DNA of 28,991 nt from a virus (lineage: Duplodnaviria; Caudoviricetes): IMG/VR virus record IMGVR_UViG_3300011334_000366, positions 1 to 28,991 of that record. One strand, given 5' to 3'. A program made the position numbers and the translations under genes. Shown piece by piece: positions 14,001 to 23,050 of the stretch (its first letter is position 1; every line of letters starts with the position of its first letter). The notes beneath the pieces were generated by a model that did not search any database, was not told the DNA's origin, and saw only the letters and a list, made by a program, of their open reading frames with translations.

Positions 14001-16569
14001 TGATTGCAGCCAGAATGCTTTTCAGTGCGCTGGCCTCTTCTTGGGTATTAGCGCCCATGACAGATGCTTCGATGGCGCGAGAGATTGAGCCTGGCTTCAT
14101 GCCTGTGGCGCGGCCTTGTCGATCACGTCCAAGCACGTCACGAATGACCATCTCAGACACGGTTTCGCGCAGCATGGTTTCATTGCCTTGACCGTTCGCT
14201 AGCGTGCGCAGATTGGCGATGAATTGCGCCTCTTCGGCGTTCAGTGCCGTCACGCCTTCAAATGCTGGCAGCAATGCGCCCATCGCCCTGCGTGTCTCCT
14301 GATCTGAGAACGTGCCGTTTGTCATGCCGAGCCTCCAAGTCGATTCAAAGCTCTCATGCAGGAAAGTGATGACCTGCGGCTGGCCTTCAGACTGCGACTT
14401 GTAGAGATTCATCTGGCGGACAATCTCCTTTGCGCCATCAGCCACGCGCATCGGAAAGACCTCATTGGAGCCGTTGATGTGAGCAAAGACGCCCTGCGTG
14501 CCTGTCTTAATGCCAGCGACTTCCGCCTCTGCGCGGACGGTTTCGAGAGCTTGAGGGCCAAGCTGACGTTGGGAGAGGATAGCGCCGCCAGCATCGCGAC
14601 GAGTAGCCACAACTCCAACCGCTTCAATATTAGACGCTTGAACAGTCTCGCCCGTAAGCACGGTTTCGGCCTGCTTGCCCTGCTCGTAATAGCCATCAAT
14701 CACGCTCACCAGCGTATCGGCTTCCTCTTGGCTTCCGACTTGGCGAAGATCAACCGCAATACGGCGAGCGGCTTCGGCAGATTCCACGGGAATGATCGTT
14801 CCTTCGCCGGTCGTCACCTGCCAGCCCGTAGGCGTGCGCGTGACGCTTGCGGTATATTCTGGCGAGGTTGTTTGCAATCCCTCGGCGCTCACTTGCTCTT
14901 TTTGCAGTCCCCTCAGACGTTCAGCCGCTTGCATCCTCTGCTCTGCCGTTGCTTTGACCTGCGCCACATTATCACCCTTAGCGTTAATCTTTGCCCAATC
15001 GCCGCGCATCGCATCCTCCGCCTCGCTCCATTTACCAGCGTTTGCCAGCTCGCTGATTTTAGCGGCGGATTCAGGCGAATACTGAGCAGCAATCAGCATG
15101 TCAGTCGAGCGTGCCATTTGACGGCCTGCGCGGAAGTCTGACAACTGACCAGTCCCAGCGCCCACAATTGCGAGCGGAAGGATGGTTGAAATCAATTCTG
15201 GCATATTCTGCGCAAACTCACCAAGGAAGCCGTCCCAGTCAGAGCCTGGAATGTCGCTGTTTAACGCACTTGCAATGCTTTGAACTGCCATCGGAGTGAT
15301 GCCTTGCGCGAACTCTTCGCCGACTTCCGTTGCCGTGCCGATTGCCGCCCGTGTCGTAAACATAGAAAGCGCGCCCGTTGCGCTAAAGATTGGCTGAGTA
15401 AACGCACGTTTTAGATTTGGAAGCCTGCCAAATAGGAAGCGATCAGATGCAATTTCTGTAATTGCCTGAATTGGTGCAGAGATAGTAGCAATAGTGTTCG
15501 CGGCATCGCGTGACATCGTTGGATTACTCCGACGAATCTCGTTGTAAGTTGAACGCTGAAAGCTGCCAAGCGTAACAGCCGCGCCCACATAGGGAATAAA
15601 CGATCCGATTGTCATTGGGATGTTTTGAACGGCTCCGCTAATATTCATTCCAGCAAACTCAACGGCCTTTAGCTTTGCAAGATTTCCAATCGAAATTTCA
15701 CGGACATCATCGCGCAAATCCATGTAATCGCCAACTGCTGAAGATGCCGCCAAAACTTCGCCGCTTTGAGCATCTGTAAGAAATAGATTGTTCTTTGCCG
15801 ATGCCTCAATGTCAGACATGGCTACACCAAGAACCGAGCTTGCCGCTGAATCTAAATAACTGCCCAAAAAACGATCAAACTCTTTTGCTAACCTTTGAAC
15901 TGACGATGCGGCAGCAAAATCACTGCCAGCCGCTTGATTTGAAATTGCCTCAAGAACATAGGGGCGATCCTCTTTTGGCACCTTGATTAACTCGCTAGCC
16001 ATCGCGCCCCAGTTCATGCCATCTGGCGCGGTGTCGATATTGCGCGCCATGTCCGTCACGGTTTTAATTGTATTGCGATACGGCGCAACCTTTGCGGCCA
16101 TTTCGTCGTGAGCAGCGCGCGCAAGGCCGAGATAGTTAGTCATTCTGCCTGGAAGCATAGAGCCTGCATTTGCCGTCTCCACTTCGCGAAACTTGCCGAG
16201 CCACGATTCACCGCGAGCGGCAGCAATTCGGGATGCGTTTGCAATTTTGTCTTGCGCCTGATAATCGGCGGCAATCATTCCAAACATGTCGTTATCTGAA
16301 ACATTCGATGCCGCTTGATTCTTAAAGTAGCCACGAGCTATGCCATCCTTAATGCCTTGCCATTCTGGTGACGCAGGATTGACGTGACGATTCAAAGCAA
16401 CGCCAGCCCATCCAGCAACAGCGGAAGACGTGAGAAACGCCTCCTTATCCTCAACCGCTCCGCCAAATGTATTATCATCTAGCAACGCCTTAGCGCCCCC
16501 AAACTCTTGATCTAAAAACGCAGATCGTAAACGCTTGCTGCGTTCTTGTGAGATTTCTTCGGGTGTCAT
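8005..16569 (-). CDS. Giant internal virion/ejection protein (gp16 position); polyvalent protein with two ADP-ribosyltransferase-like modules
   Basis: 2854 aa, third of the ejection-protein trio. ART-like motifs YHGTPH..GWGLYFA and YHGTG..AFFFTDD..QIKSAD; an AGYVLPDG..DHREI module; a degenerate zincin-like LHESFE. Confidence 0.82.
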   Translation of the reverse strand: MTPEEISQERSKRLRSAFLDQEFGGAKALLDDNTFGGAVEDKEAFLTSSAVAGWAGVALNRHVNPASPEWQGIKDGIARGYFKNQAASNVSDNDMFGMIAADYQAQDKIANASRIAAARGESWLGKFREVETANAGSMLPGRMTNYLGLARAAHDEMAAKVAPYRNTIKTVTDMARNIDTAPDGMNWGAMASELIKVPKEDRPYVLEAISNQAAGSDFAAASSVQRLAKEFDRFLGSYLDSAASSVLGVAMSDIEASAKNNLFLTDAQSGEVLAASSAVGDYMDLRDDVREISIGNLAKLKAVEFAGMNISGAVQNIPMTIGSFIPYVGAAVTLGSFQRSTYNEIRRSNPTMSRDAANTIATISAPIQAITEIASDRFLFGRLPNLKRAFTQPIFSATGALSMFTTRAAIGTATEVGEEFAQGITPMAVQSIASALNSDIPGSDWDGFLGEFAQNMPELISTILPLAIVGAGTGQLSDFRAGRQMARSTDMLIAAQYSPESAAKISELANAGKWSEAEDAMRGDWAKINAKGDNVAQVKATAEQRMQAAERLRGLQKEQVSAEGLQTTSPEYTASVTRTPTGWQVTTGEGTIIPVESAEAARRIAVDLRQVGSQEEADTLVSVIDGYYEQGKQAETVLTGETVQASNIEAVGVVATRRDAGGAILSQRQLGPQALETVRAEAEVAGIKTGTQGVFAHINGSNEVFPMRVADGAKEIVRQMNLYKSQSEGQPQVITFLHESFESTWRLGMTNGTFSDQETRRAMGALLPAFEGVTALNAEEAQFIANLRTLANGQGNETMLRETVSEMVIRDVLGRDRQGRATGMKPGSISRAIEASVMGANTQEEASALKSILAAIKAFTAYLKGVFGTVDAITKARDEGKLGEEYDTFINKVLGIDEVKQMESQAIDEGRAMLGIDEETQAVIDAGNMAFSTSRAQPADTSNVTEMPDGAQLVGPTTFSIEVYHGTPHEIDRFRMANIGTGEGAQAFGWGLYFAKSFKVADDYRGKLQKEFRIGFNGKTLTELYPNNDEAARLQLRLESVAGNTQYGSQGDSVRKAFLGATYGDMMSKDPPTPSVLFARQVEKDYGNFIKTETGGNLYTVELLPDEDEFLDWDKPLSEQNEKVRDAASELMATLATTTREKLLALEERQRREAVRLGFNRSPINMDAAIEMQLEEANGSGAGFYKLVKGLQGKATPEEIAKAASEHLASIGIPGIRYLDGGSRAAGDGTSNYVIFDENLVKILEKNGQKVDSVPTFSISPAQDAEYLAAAKAGDTETAQRLVDQLAMSAGYNSPKLYHGTGAEFSIFDKKRGGSSTDAKSAKIAFFFTDDEATAKAYAVYAAEEGPVKDALKKAELAEKRGDWDGYDAAIQEAESLDNYESALKRRESAKVVSTYLKGDFLEFDAKGKTPQELSDGDTDKGITNQLLKAQRAGKTGVLFKNLDDAVNLNNRPSNHYAVFKPDQIKSADPITYDDAGNIIPLSQRFNEATPDIRFSISRVSEEERITPENKVAPSINGKPAADIFAEVKKRHGITRSIYEAGYVLPDGTMLDFTGRADVGDFKQGPDLVFRVVSGRDWMKDQRGVDHREIEWQDMPDYQENWERMVGFLRLGAVRVDARSGMISMHSRAKITAAQASVLKSIVVAADGAYIDLEDDARNRSSMQLNGGKWGKVNGLLTRWANGETPEFAGQSFSISPVRNLNELSDQVEKQFAENPVGALKVKSRVIRQFAKLADKWSNERWTPQGNKIRPISEKRTVKSLDKEQAMRQAQREVELTHEGMDKLTTETLLAYSEGVGTLQDDPLIARMLNDNGKLMSKATAEREGRGIKDQYDDAGWLPPQFYARAGGIMPDVMANNLGFDYASEMWAALESSIKSHRTAKAGYAKAEDAVKAVERAAFEQARKEAQAWRNETDAMQKEDWSPRESLVRDLITLEAIIAMFPQEIRGKIGGFVALARKASESARLKVLQKQLERGQVLLEKHLKDQYGEATDKLLKRFKSQKDASGRITGKIISTATEQVDYAAEFIKLGIEEQSDRQAALEKKAEESEDANEVQDALTKLGIARLFDMYSDKDSASRESAFNWLNDTIEAGKLGKKIIDEARKEMLTEMRQSAQSSILAGDELNPDVADNITNLNKGVFKRALLNLRGMLSEALWTTIQRLELIFGEDSKILNYFAEKIINAANLSTDIKRLVEAQKKDALSIIFNSDSKFAHARGIAELQKVKQSGISTRRVKKEEVKLDIETLTKLNDGTMSAETAGLEQYEVDAALEEFAANARKSTVTIEKVVNAGTPVERTMSETQGIQWWLWSMQDASRKQMERDGWDADSFKQLEEFLSPEAKALGRWISGSYQDAAGMIDPIYRKLFNAPLPRIKNYSPIHRRNMSTGGDIMDIDGSDMNSGLAAGFVKARVNTTASLVEMDALAVFLAHWENVSHWVSHAELMRDMKAILLDKDTAVAIRQKKSEGYLQRLKDDVKTIEKNGTNSASELVNISRVWRWFMQYRSYKGLAFRLSPIIKQTPALLNPLIADVPAHNYMMGMARAFIEPQSFAKEVSAMWSSDIIRRRIEAGFSAESRVAMQGAGMTGSQAIVAMQAGMMPMSMVDGGWTALGAAISFDYYRRGYMRDNSQMTPEIADAKAIARVEKMIATSAQPSDVYARSLSERSGNPFMKSMSMFVSDQRKALAIELMAIRRLATGKSKNKTLDIQRAFVAHFVQAGVSQVMAVVIASLLGDDEDRDRELSREQWTLALALGPINGLFVFGRLADKIGRGLLGLRVFPADDLASKVANDLLKGGKNMDELFNPDDADDFMDALDSSSTALGAGMSAAIGPAGGAVDVGANVLREARKIQKRLSE

Positions 16570-18104
16570 GGTTTCAATTCTTGGCGTGTCTGGTTAATTG
16601 GCGGAAGTAATGGAGACGGTTCAATATTAAACATGTCAAAGTAGTTTGCCACTTCGTCAGCTATGGGCATCGTTAGAACATTCTGTGAAGCTTTGCGCGC
16701 CTTTTCTGGCGTTGGATCAGTTCCAATTTGAGCACGAAAGAGCTTTTTCTTTTCAGTAGCTTCTGATTGTAACTTGCGAAACTCCGCCTCTTTCCCGATC
16801 TTGATTGCGCCATTTCTTTCAAGCAGCGCATCCATCTTAGGTTTGTAAAGTTTGGCAATGTAATCGTCATTGTCAGCAATTTCCATGCTTGCAATATTGC
16901 CCTTCTCTCCGCCTTTTTTTGCACCCCAAGCCATCGCGAGATCGGATGCCATGTAAGGAACAGCTTGTTTGTAAGCGTCAAGATCGGCGGAAATGCGAAG
17001 CATCTCTAATCGGTCAGGGTCTTTATCCATGTCATATTTGCCGATGCGAGATTCCAACTCTAAACGCTTGGATGCCGCCTGCGCTTCCGTGAATGGCGCA
17101 GGAACGCTTGCTGCTTCGCGCAATTCGACTTGCTTGGCATCTGATAAATTCCACTGAAACTTGAAGTCTTTTGGATTGCCGCCATTGACGACAAAATCAG
17201 CAAAGCCTGATACTTCGCGTTGCTGGAAATCACGGTGAACGCTTTCCGCGTAGTTCTCCACCTTCACCTTATCGTCTGGCGTAAGTTCGGGAAAAGCGCC
17301 CAATTTAATCTTGGCCTTAGCAATAACGGGATCAACGTCGGCAATCTGGCGAACGGTACCCATCGCTTCAATTCTTAGCGATTCGATTGAATACTCCTTT
17401 GCTTCTTGCGGCGTAATGACACCCTGCTTCTCGGCAGAAATAACAGCATCAGCCATGCCTACGCCGTCGTATCGCTCACGCGCCATTCTGATTTGAGATT
17501 GAAAACCTTCAGCTTGAAACTTCTTTTCAGAGCTGGCAACTTGCAATCGCATTGCTTCCTGCTCCTCTGGCGACGAGGGAATCGCTTGATTGTAGTCGTC
17601 CACTGCTTGCCGAGCAATTGAAAAGTTGCCAGTCTGTTGCGCAACGGTGAGTGCGTTCTGAACCGCAAGGCCAGCGTTTTTCCCAGTCTGCTTATATGCT
17701 TCCGACTGCACGCCAATCGTCCCGCGCATGCTCCAATCAGAAAACCGATTGTTAAGCTGCAACCGAGCCTCAGGAGTTAGTTCAAGCGCATTGAATTGCT
17801 GCTCTAAATCCGTCTGCATTTCCTGCCACTTGGGAAGCCACTGCTTTTCATCCTGGCCCTCTGGCGACTGCTGGAATGTAGCAAACTTCATTTGCTCCTT
17901 GTTCATCGTCATGCTGGCATTCGTGAGATTCGTCACGTCGTTTGCACGCTTTGACTTCTCCGCGATGTCCATTGCCACCTGCCCGACATTGCCCAGCGAC
18001 TTGCCTAGACTGGCATTCGTTACGGCTGGCAGGTTTGCGGTCTGCTGCGTTTGGTTGCCAGTGTTGAGCTGGCCTGGAGATTGGAGGATTGGGATTCGTG
18101 CCAT
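16566..18104 (-). CDS. Internal virion protein (gp15 position)
   Basis: MARIP N-terminus, helical Q/A-rich sequence, located between the small and giant ejection proteins. Confidence 0.7.
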   Translation of the reverse strand: MARIPILQSPGQLNTGNQTQQTANLPAVTNASLGKSLGNVGQVAMDIAEKSKRANDVTNLTNASMTMNKEQMKFATFQQSPEGQDEKQWLPKWQEMQTDLEQQFNALELTPEARLQLNNRFSDWSMRGTIGVQSEAYKQTGKNAGLAVQNALTVAQQTGNFSIARQAVDDYNQAIPSSPEEQEAMRLQVASSEKKFQAEGFQSQIRMARERYDGVGMADAVISAEKQGVITPQEAKEYSIESLRIEAMGTVRQIADVDPVIAKAKIKLGAFPELTPDDKVKVENYAESVHRDFQQREVSGFADFVVNGGNPKDFKFQWNLSDAKQVELREAASVPAPFTEAQAASKRLELESRIGKYDMDKDPDRLEMLRISADLDAYKQAVPYMASDLAMAWGAKKGGEKGNIASMEIADNDDYIAKLYKPKMDALLERNGAIKIGKEAEFRKLQSEATEKKKLFRAQIGTDPTPEKARKASQNVLTMPIADEVANYFDMFNIEPSPLLPPINQTRQELKP

Positions 18105-18105
18105 G

Positions 18106-18762
18106 TTAGTATCCTGCTGGACGCTGAGAAACGCTCTTTGGTTTATAACCTGCTGGCACTGTTGATCCGCCAGATGCGGCCTGCGGACGTGTCGAGAACG
18201 CTGAAGCTGCGCTTCCTACCGCCTGCCCTAACCCTGAAATGGCTGCGCCAACTGCATCTGATCGAATTTGCGCGGACTGCTGCGCGCCCATTGCTAACGT
18301 ATTAGACTGCTGAAAGCCGAGGTTGCGCTGTGATAGGTCGGCCATGCGCTGCTGATCGGCCAACTCTGTCTGCTGCTTTGCCCACGTATCGGCTTCAATA
18401 GCAAGGCTTGTTCCCGTGCCTAGCATTGCGCCAGACGACGACATGGATGCCAGCTGTTGAGCGCGCACGCGACGTTGCTCGACCACTGCGCGCCGCTGGT
18501 TTTCGCCTGCTTCGAGCGCTTGCCTTGATCGCTCTTGGCCGATGGCATCAGCTTGAGCCTTTGCGTTAAGCTCTGCTTGTTTGGCTGCGGTTTGGGCTGA
18601 TGCGTACGATACAGCACCAGCAGCCGCACTACCTAATAGTGACACAACTAAAAGAGTAGTTGTAGAAACAGGCTCATTGCAAGGTGGACGAGTGGCGCAG
18701 TAAATGCCCATCGGCCCGCCTTCGTGCAGCGGCAGATAATCTAGGTGTTCACGGTAATGCAT
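18106..18762 (-). CDS. Internal virion protein (gp14-like)
   Basis: Hydrophobic AAAGAVS segment, A/Q-rich coiled coil, and SSSGAMLGTGTSL motif. Start probably ATG 18762 (uncertain). Confidence 0.72.
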   Translation of the reverse strand: MHYREHLDYLPLHEGGPMGIYCATRPPCNEPVSTTTLLVVSLLGSAAAGAVSYASAQTAAKQAELNAKAQADAIGQERSRQALEAGENQRRAVVEQRRVRAQQLASMSSSGAMLGTGTSLAIEADTWAKQQTELADQQRMADLSQRNLGFQQSNTLAMGAQQSAQIRSDAVGAAISGLGQAVGSAASAFSTRPQAASGGSTVPAGYKPKSVSQRPAGY

Positions 18763-19162
18763 AAGTGACTTGTATTGATAATCTATCGGCAACATGCCAG
18801 CCATCTTTTTTAGCAAAACGCGCAAACTCAGGTCGGCAGAAATTACGCACTAGCTTATACTCTATTGGCTCGCCATTGCAATTTCTCAAATTTGAGAGGA
18901 ACGATTTAACCGTCCGCCAAAGCATCGCCCACGCGGCTTTGCTGTTTTTCAGCGACGAGTTTGGACGACTAATAAGATGGTCAATGAAGACAAATGGACA
19001 GTCAAAGACGAGGTAAACCCAGCACGTCATTAGCGGCCCCTTCTCATCTTCAACCAGAAACCCGTTCGGACTGAGCAACTGCGGAATCAGCACCATGTCG
19101 CGAGCTTTCGCCCAGGCTTCTACAGTCGGGAAATCGTCGGAAGTATAAGCGCGAATGTTCAT
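18749..19162 (-). CDS. GNAT-like protein at the T7 gp13 position
   Basis: MNIRAYTSDDFPTVEAW start and FAKKDGW end resemble acetyltransferases; lies between tail tube B and the gp14-like gene. Confidence 0.55.
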   Translation of the reverse strand: MNIRAYTSDDFPTVEAWAKARDMVLIPQLLSPNGFLVEDEKGPLMTCWVYLVFDCPFVFIDHLISRPNSSLKNSKAAWAMLWRTVKSFLSNLRNCNGEPIEYKLVRNFCRPEFARFAKKDGWHVADRLSIQVTYALP

Positions 19163-19163
19163 G

Positions 19164-22127
19164 CTAAATTCCAGCTCCACTTGTTCCATCGACCTCAATA
19201 TCAAGGATCATGCCAAGCACGTTAAATGGCACAGCATGACGCGAAACAATAGCAATGTCGCAGGCTTGGCCCCAGTCAAAGTTCAGCGTTTGTGAGAGCG
19301 TCTGCCCTGTGTTGTGGGAATAATCCTGCACCGCCTCATCTGGCGCAATTGGGAACTCATCAGTCTCCTGAATGATGCGCGTGTAATTTGTAAAGTCAGC
19401 GTCGGTGATCTTGCGCCACACGTTGCCGTAATATGATCGGAAGATGCGGAATGATGCGCGGGTAATGCGCCACTTCCTCATCTGCGAGGTGCCATCACGA
19501 AGCTGAATCTCAAAGCGATTCGGAATCAAATAGGCGGTGAAATGAAAGCCGATGTATTGAGTTTGTGCAAGGTTGGCAGTCAAACCCGTAAAGACCACGG
19601 TGCCGCTTCCGCCAGTGATTGCAGCAGTATAGGGCGACCCGTCCGACTGCGATGATGTGCCGCCGTAAATCACGTTTGCACCGGCAGCGGCGGCAAACTG
19701 AGGATTGGCAGCAGTAAGATTTGAGAAAGTCGTATTGCCTCCGCCAACAGTAACCGAGCTGTGAGACATCCAAGAATCCATGCATCGTGCATCCGTGCCC
19801 AGATTTGCCGAGGTCAGGGCGTTTCGCATCTCTTCGCCGTCGATGCTTTCCAATGACAGGGCATTGTAATTCATCAAGAATATCAATGAATCAGCCGCCG
19901 ATGATGACGAGTAAAGACTGCACATTGATTTGCACGCCAGCCGCGAACGGTGACGATGCCATGCGGTCACGTTGTTCTCGCGGTCATAAGTGAAGCCGCT
20001 CCATGTGCCATCAGCGTGAACCAGCCACACGATAGGGTCTGGAGACTGAGAATAGAACATCTGAGTGACGTTCGACCGGCAGATGACATGCTCCGCAAGC
20101 AGTGTCATTTCTGGCGCTGAATAGCCGTCTTTCTCGAAGACATACGCAAACTCACGCAGTCGGTTGTCACGGGTTAGCCAGAGCAAACCATCGCCTGAAA
20201 GCACAGGTTGAAACTTGCTCGACCCGTAGCGACTCCAACGACGCAAACGTGCGCTGGATGGAGTCAATGCCGAGTCTTGATCTCCACTGTCCATCGTCCA
20301 TTCCTCGCCAGATGTTCCAACGACGAGCGTGCGTTTGAAGCTGGAGATCCATTGAATCTCATTTGCCTGCGTTGCTGCTAGCGTTACATCCAGTCCCGAC
20401 GTGTCGAGTGTGCCGGTCAAGAACGTGTAAAAGTCGTCTGTCTGACTGCCCCAAATGCGTGTTGGTTCTGTCGCTGTGGACGCAAAGAAAAGGCGTGAGT
20501 CATGGAATGAAACGGTTTTAGGATAGCCGCGAACAGCAGAGAACGCGCCCTTGCGCCAGATCGGAAATGCTGTGCCGATGACTTCATTTGGAATTAGTGA
20601 ATCAACGGCGAGCTTTGGACTTCCCATAACTTGCAACGGTGAATCGCCGGATTGAATCAAGAATGGTATCTCTAAGCGACCATAAGCAGGCTCAATCGTT
20701 ACAGATCCTGATCCTGTGACGTTGGTCTTAATGCATACCCAGCGATACCATCCGCCGGTGTTTGGAGCGTCGGCGGTGTAACTGATAGTTCCCTCCTGCT
20801 GCGTTGTGCCAGTCACCCATTCTTTAATTGTGGTGAAGTTGATTCGATCAAGCGACTCTTGAAGCTGAAAGGTGCAACCATAAGGCGTAGCGGTAGAACT
20901 CCAACTCGTTCGCGCTAAATATGATCCTTGAATAAAGATAGCCGCGCTAGTTGTTGTGCCAATGGCGGCAAGAATAGGCTCAGTAACGACGCGCTTTGTC
21001 GATCCTGGTGAAAGTTGCCAAGTTGAACCGGCCTCAGTAGCATCAAAGGTGGCAGACGATGCAAGCAAACGGTAATTGGTAACGGTAATCAATGCCCACT
21101 GAGCGCCGAGTCCTGGGCGATTAGCTGACGATGCAGTGTGACCTGTGACACAAGCGTAATTGCTGCCAAAGTATTCCACAACGTCGCCCGCAACTTGAAC
21201 CGTGCCAACATTCCACGGCGGCAAGAAAACAGCCGCTGACCATGAGGCGTTTAGAACAATGCCAGCCGTTGACGGAGTGGCCGAGTTGTAAACATAGGTC
21301 TTGAGGTGATCAAGGTTAGTCTGGACATAAAAAACGCCAGTTCCTGCGGTGTAAGTAGCAGGCAGCGTGCTTGTGCCGTCTAGCTGAAATGTATTGGTTG
21401 CGACTGAGCTAATTGAAAAATAGCCGTTAGCGTTAGTCGCTCCACCGACTCCAAAGATATCAACAAAGTCGCCATTGCTTAACCCGTGAGCGTTGGCCGT
21501 GATTTGAATCTTGCCACCCACGATAGCGGCCCCTGTAATAGCTTGAGTAAATGGCATCGTGACAAGATTACCCTGCGAATAAACAGTGCTAGCATCCCAG
21601 TAAGCCGCATTATACAAAAGACGCATTGTTACCGCGTTGTCTGGCGGATCGAGCGCGGGCGCAAACTGGAAAGGCACATCGGTAAACGTCCAGCTAGTGT
21701 CAGTGACGCGCGTGATGATCTTGGGATGCTTTGTTGCAACCGTGAGATACATCAAGTCGTTGAGCTGGACGAAGTGCAGGTCTGCAATCTCAGCCTCAGT
21801 GTAAGTCGTCGTGAGCGTTGCTTTTAGCGTAAAAACGCCAGCAGAATACGACCAGACCTTAATAGAGTTTGTCTTGAATCCAAGAACAAAGCCAGAGCTT
21901 ACCGAGCGACGGAACGGAATCAGCCGCACGCATCCAGTCACATCGGCATTAGCTGCGCCAAAACGAGTGCCAGGACGTTTGAATGCGCCACCGTATGACC
22001 GCACCATAAAGTTCTCAAGCAGCCTGCAACCAGTCGCATACTTCTCTGAATCGGTGCGACCGTCCATGATCGGTGACATCTCGCCACCGTTGAAGACCGC
22101 CTTGATCGTTTGAAATTGTGAACTCAT
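19164..22127 (-). CDS. Tail tubular protein B / nozzle (gp12-like) with FCCH-like and CBM5/12-like inserts
   Basis: FNGGEMSP..GRTD, GGAFKRPGT, YPKTVSFHDSRLFFA and AWHRH motifs. Confidence 0.88.
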   Translation of the reverse strand: MSSQFQTIKAVFNGGEMSPIMDGRTDSEKYATGCRLLENFMVRSYGGAFKRPGTRFGAANADVTGCVRLIPFRRSVSSGFVLGFKTNSIKVWSYSAGVFTLKATLTTTYTEAEIADLHFVQLNDLMYLTVATKHPKIITRVTDTSWTFTDVPFQFAPALDPPDNAVTMRLLYNAAYWDASTVYSQGNLVTMPFTQAITGAAIVGGKIQITANAHGLSNGDFVDIFGVGGATNANGYFSISSVATNTFQLDGTSTLPATYTAGTGVFYVQTNLDHLKTYVYNSATPSTAGIVLNASWSAAVFLPPWNVGTVQVAGDVVEYFGSNYACVTGHTASSANRPGLGAQWALITVTNYRLLASSATFDATEAGSTWQLSPGSTKRVVTEPILAAIGTTTSAAIFIQGSYLARTSWSSTATPYGCTFQLQESLDRINFTTIKEWVTGTTQQEGTISYTADAPNTGGWYRWVCIKTNVTGSGSVTIEPAYGRLEIPFLIQSGDSPLQVMGSPKLAVDSLIPNEVIGTAFPIWRKGAFSAVRGYPKTVSFHDSRLFFASTATEPTRIWGSQTDDFYTFLTGTLDTSGLDVTLAATQANEIQWISSFKRTLVVGTSGEEWTMDSGDQDSALTPSSARLRRWSRYGSSKFQPVLSGDGLLWLTRDNRLREFAYVFEKDGYSAPEMTLLAEHVICRSNVTQMFYSQSPDPIVWLVHADGTWSGFTYDRENNVTAWHRHRSRLACKSMCSLYSSSSAADSLIFLMNYNALSLESIDGEEMRNALTSANLGTDARCMDSWMSHSSVTVGGGNTTFSNLTAANPQFAAAAGANVIYGGTSSQSDGSPYTAAITGGSGTVVFTGLTANLAQTQYIGFHFTAYLIPNRFEIQLRDGTSQMRKWRITRASFRIFRSYYGNVWRKITDADFTNYTRIIQETDEFPIAPDEAVQDYSHNTGQTLSQTLNFDWGQACDIAIVSRHAVPFNVLGMILDIEVDGTSGAGI

Positions 22128-22981
22128 AGTGAATAGCCTCCGCGCGAGAGGACGACTTGAGAGTCATCGAACGGAGTAATGCGCCTGCCCTTCCCTTCGT
22201 TGGCATCTCGCGCCTTCGCCGGTGGCGCTGCGGCCTTTGTAAAGAACTGATGCAGCTCAATTGCCCTGCCGCTACTTCCTGCGGTGTCAGACGCGATGTA
22301 GGATGCGAGCAAATAGCTGAACGCAGTCACGAAATCGGCTGGATATTTCGTGATGTCGGTGATGCGCTGGATGTATTTGAGATTGATCGTCTCGTCGTCG
22401 CAGAGGATCACTCCTTTTTCGAGCAGGAAATCAGAGCCGTCATCCTCGTTCTGTCCACCATCGGCGTTGATTGAGATGGGACGCAAGCAGTCTGTTGGCG
22501 GCGTGTGCTGGAAGTCGTAAGCAAACTGAGGAATGCCGACAACGCTGCCCGTTGCGCTTGTGTAAGTGCCCGCAAACACAGAGTCGTCTAGCGTGAAGTT
22601 GCTGGAGTTAATCACCGTTACATACCATTGACCATTGGCGGCTGTAACGCCTTGCACATCCTTCACATAAACACGATCACCTGTAGCGTAACCGTGCCCT
22701 GCGTGCGTGATCTTTATGAGGCCGCTTGAGTTGGTAACGGCAGTGCCTCCCGTGAGTGTGTGGTAAGTAACAGTCTGCCGCTTGCGAGCCGTCGCAAAGT
22801 TCCACGGGTGCGCTCGTAACGTCTCATCGAGCGCGGTATAAACAGGCACAGTTTCTTCAGGATTCCACCACTTACGAATGCTCGCAGCTTGCTGCGTGCT
22901 ATCAGTTTTTAGTGCTGTCAATGCACGTCCACCAAGGTGAGCGATTGCAAGGTTTGCGATCTCGGTTGCTGTTGCTGCCAT
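22124..22981 (-). CDS. Tail tubular protein A / adaptor (gp11-like) with FCCH-like insert
   Basis: EIANLAIAHLG, LRAHPWNFA, P.DCLR and FVTAFSYLLASYIA motifs. Start set at ATG 22981, downstream of the terminator. Confidence 0.88.
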   Translation of the reverse strand: MAATATEIANLAIAHLGGRALTALKTDSTQQAASIRKWWNPEETVPVYTALDETLRAHPWNFATARKRQTVTYHTLTGGTAVTNSSGLIKITHAGHGYATGDRVYVKDVQGVTAANGQWYVTVINSSNFTLDDSVFAGTYTSATGSVVGIPQFAYDFQHTPPTDCLRPISINADGGQNEDDGSDFLLEKGVILCDDETINLKYIQRITDITKYPADFVTAFSYLLASYIASDTAGSSGRAIELHQFFTKAAAPPAKARDANEGKGRRITPFDDSQVVLSRGGYSL

Positions 22982-22999
22982 AGTAGTGGGATGATACAC

Positions 23000-23033
23000 A
23001 AAAAGCGGAGCAATGCAACCGCACCGCTCCGCT
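23000..23033 (-). terminator. Rho-independent terminator
   Basis: AGCGGAGC-GGTGC-GGTT-GCATT-GCTCCGCT followed by TTTT. Confidence 0.75.
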
Positions 23034-23050
23034 CTTTGGTTAGTTTAGGA

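Noticed and set aside
14356-15141. 261-aa plus-strand ORF, and other long antisense ORFs such as 1359-1937, 24158-24751 and 27418-28026
   Set aside because: They shadow well-supported minus-strand genes and show no motifs or initiation signals.
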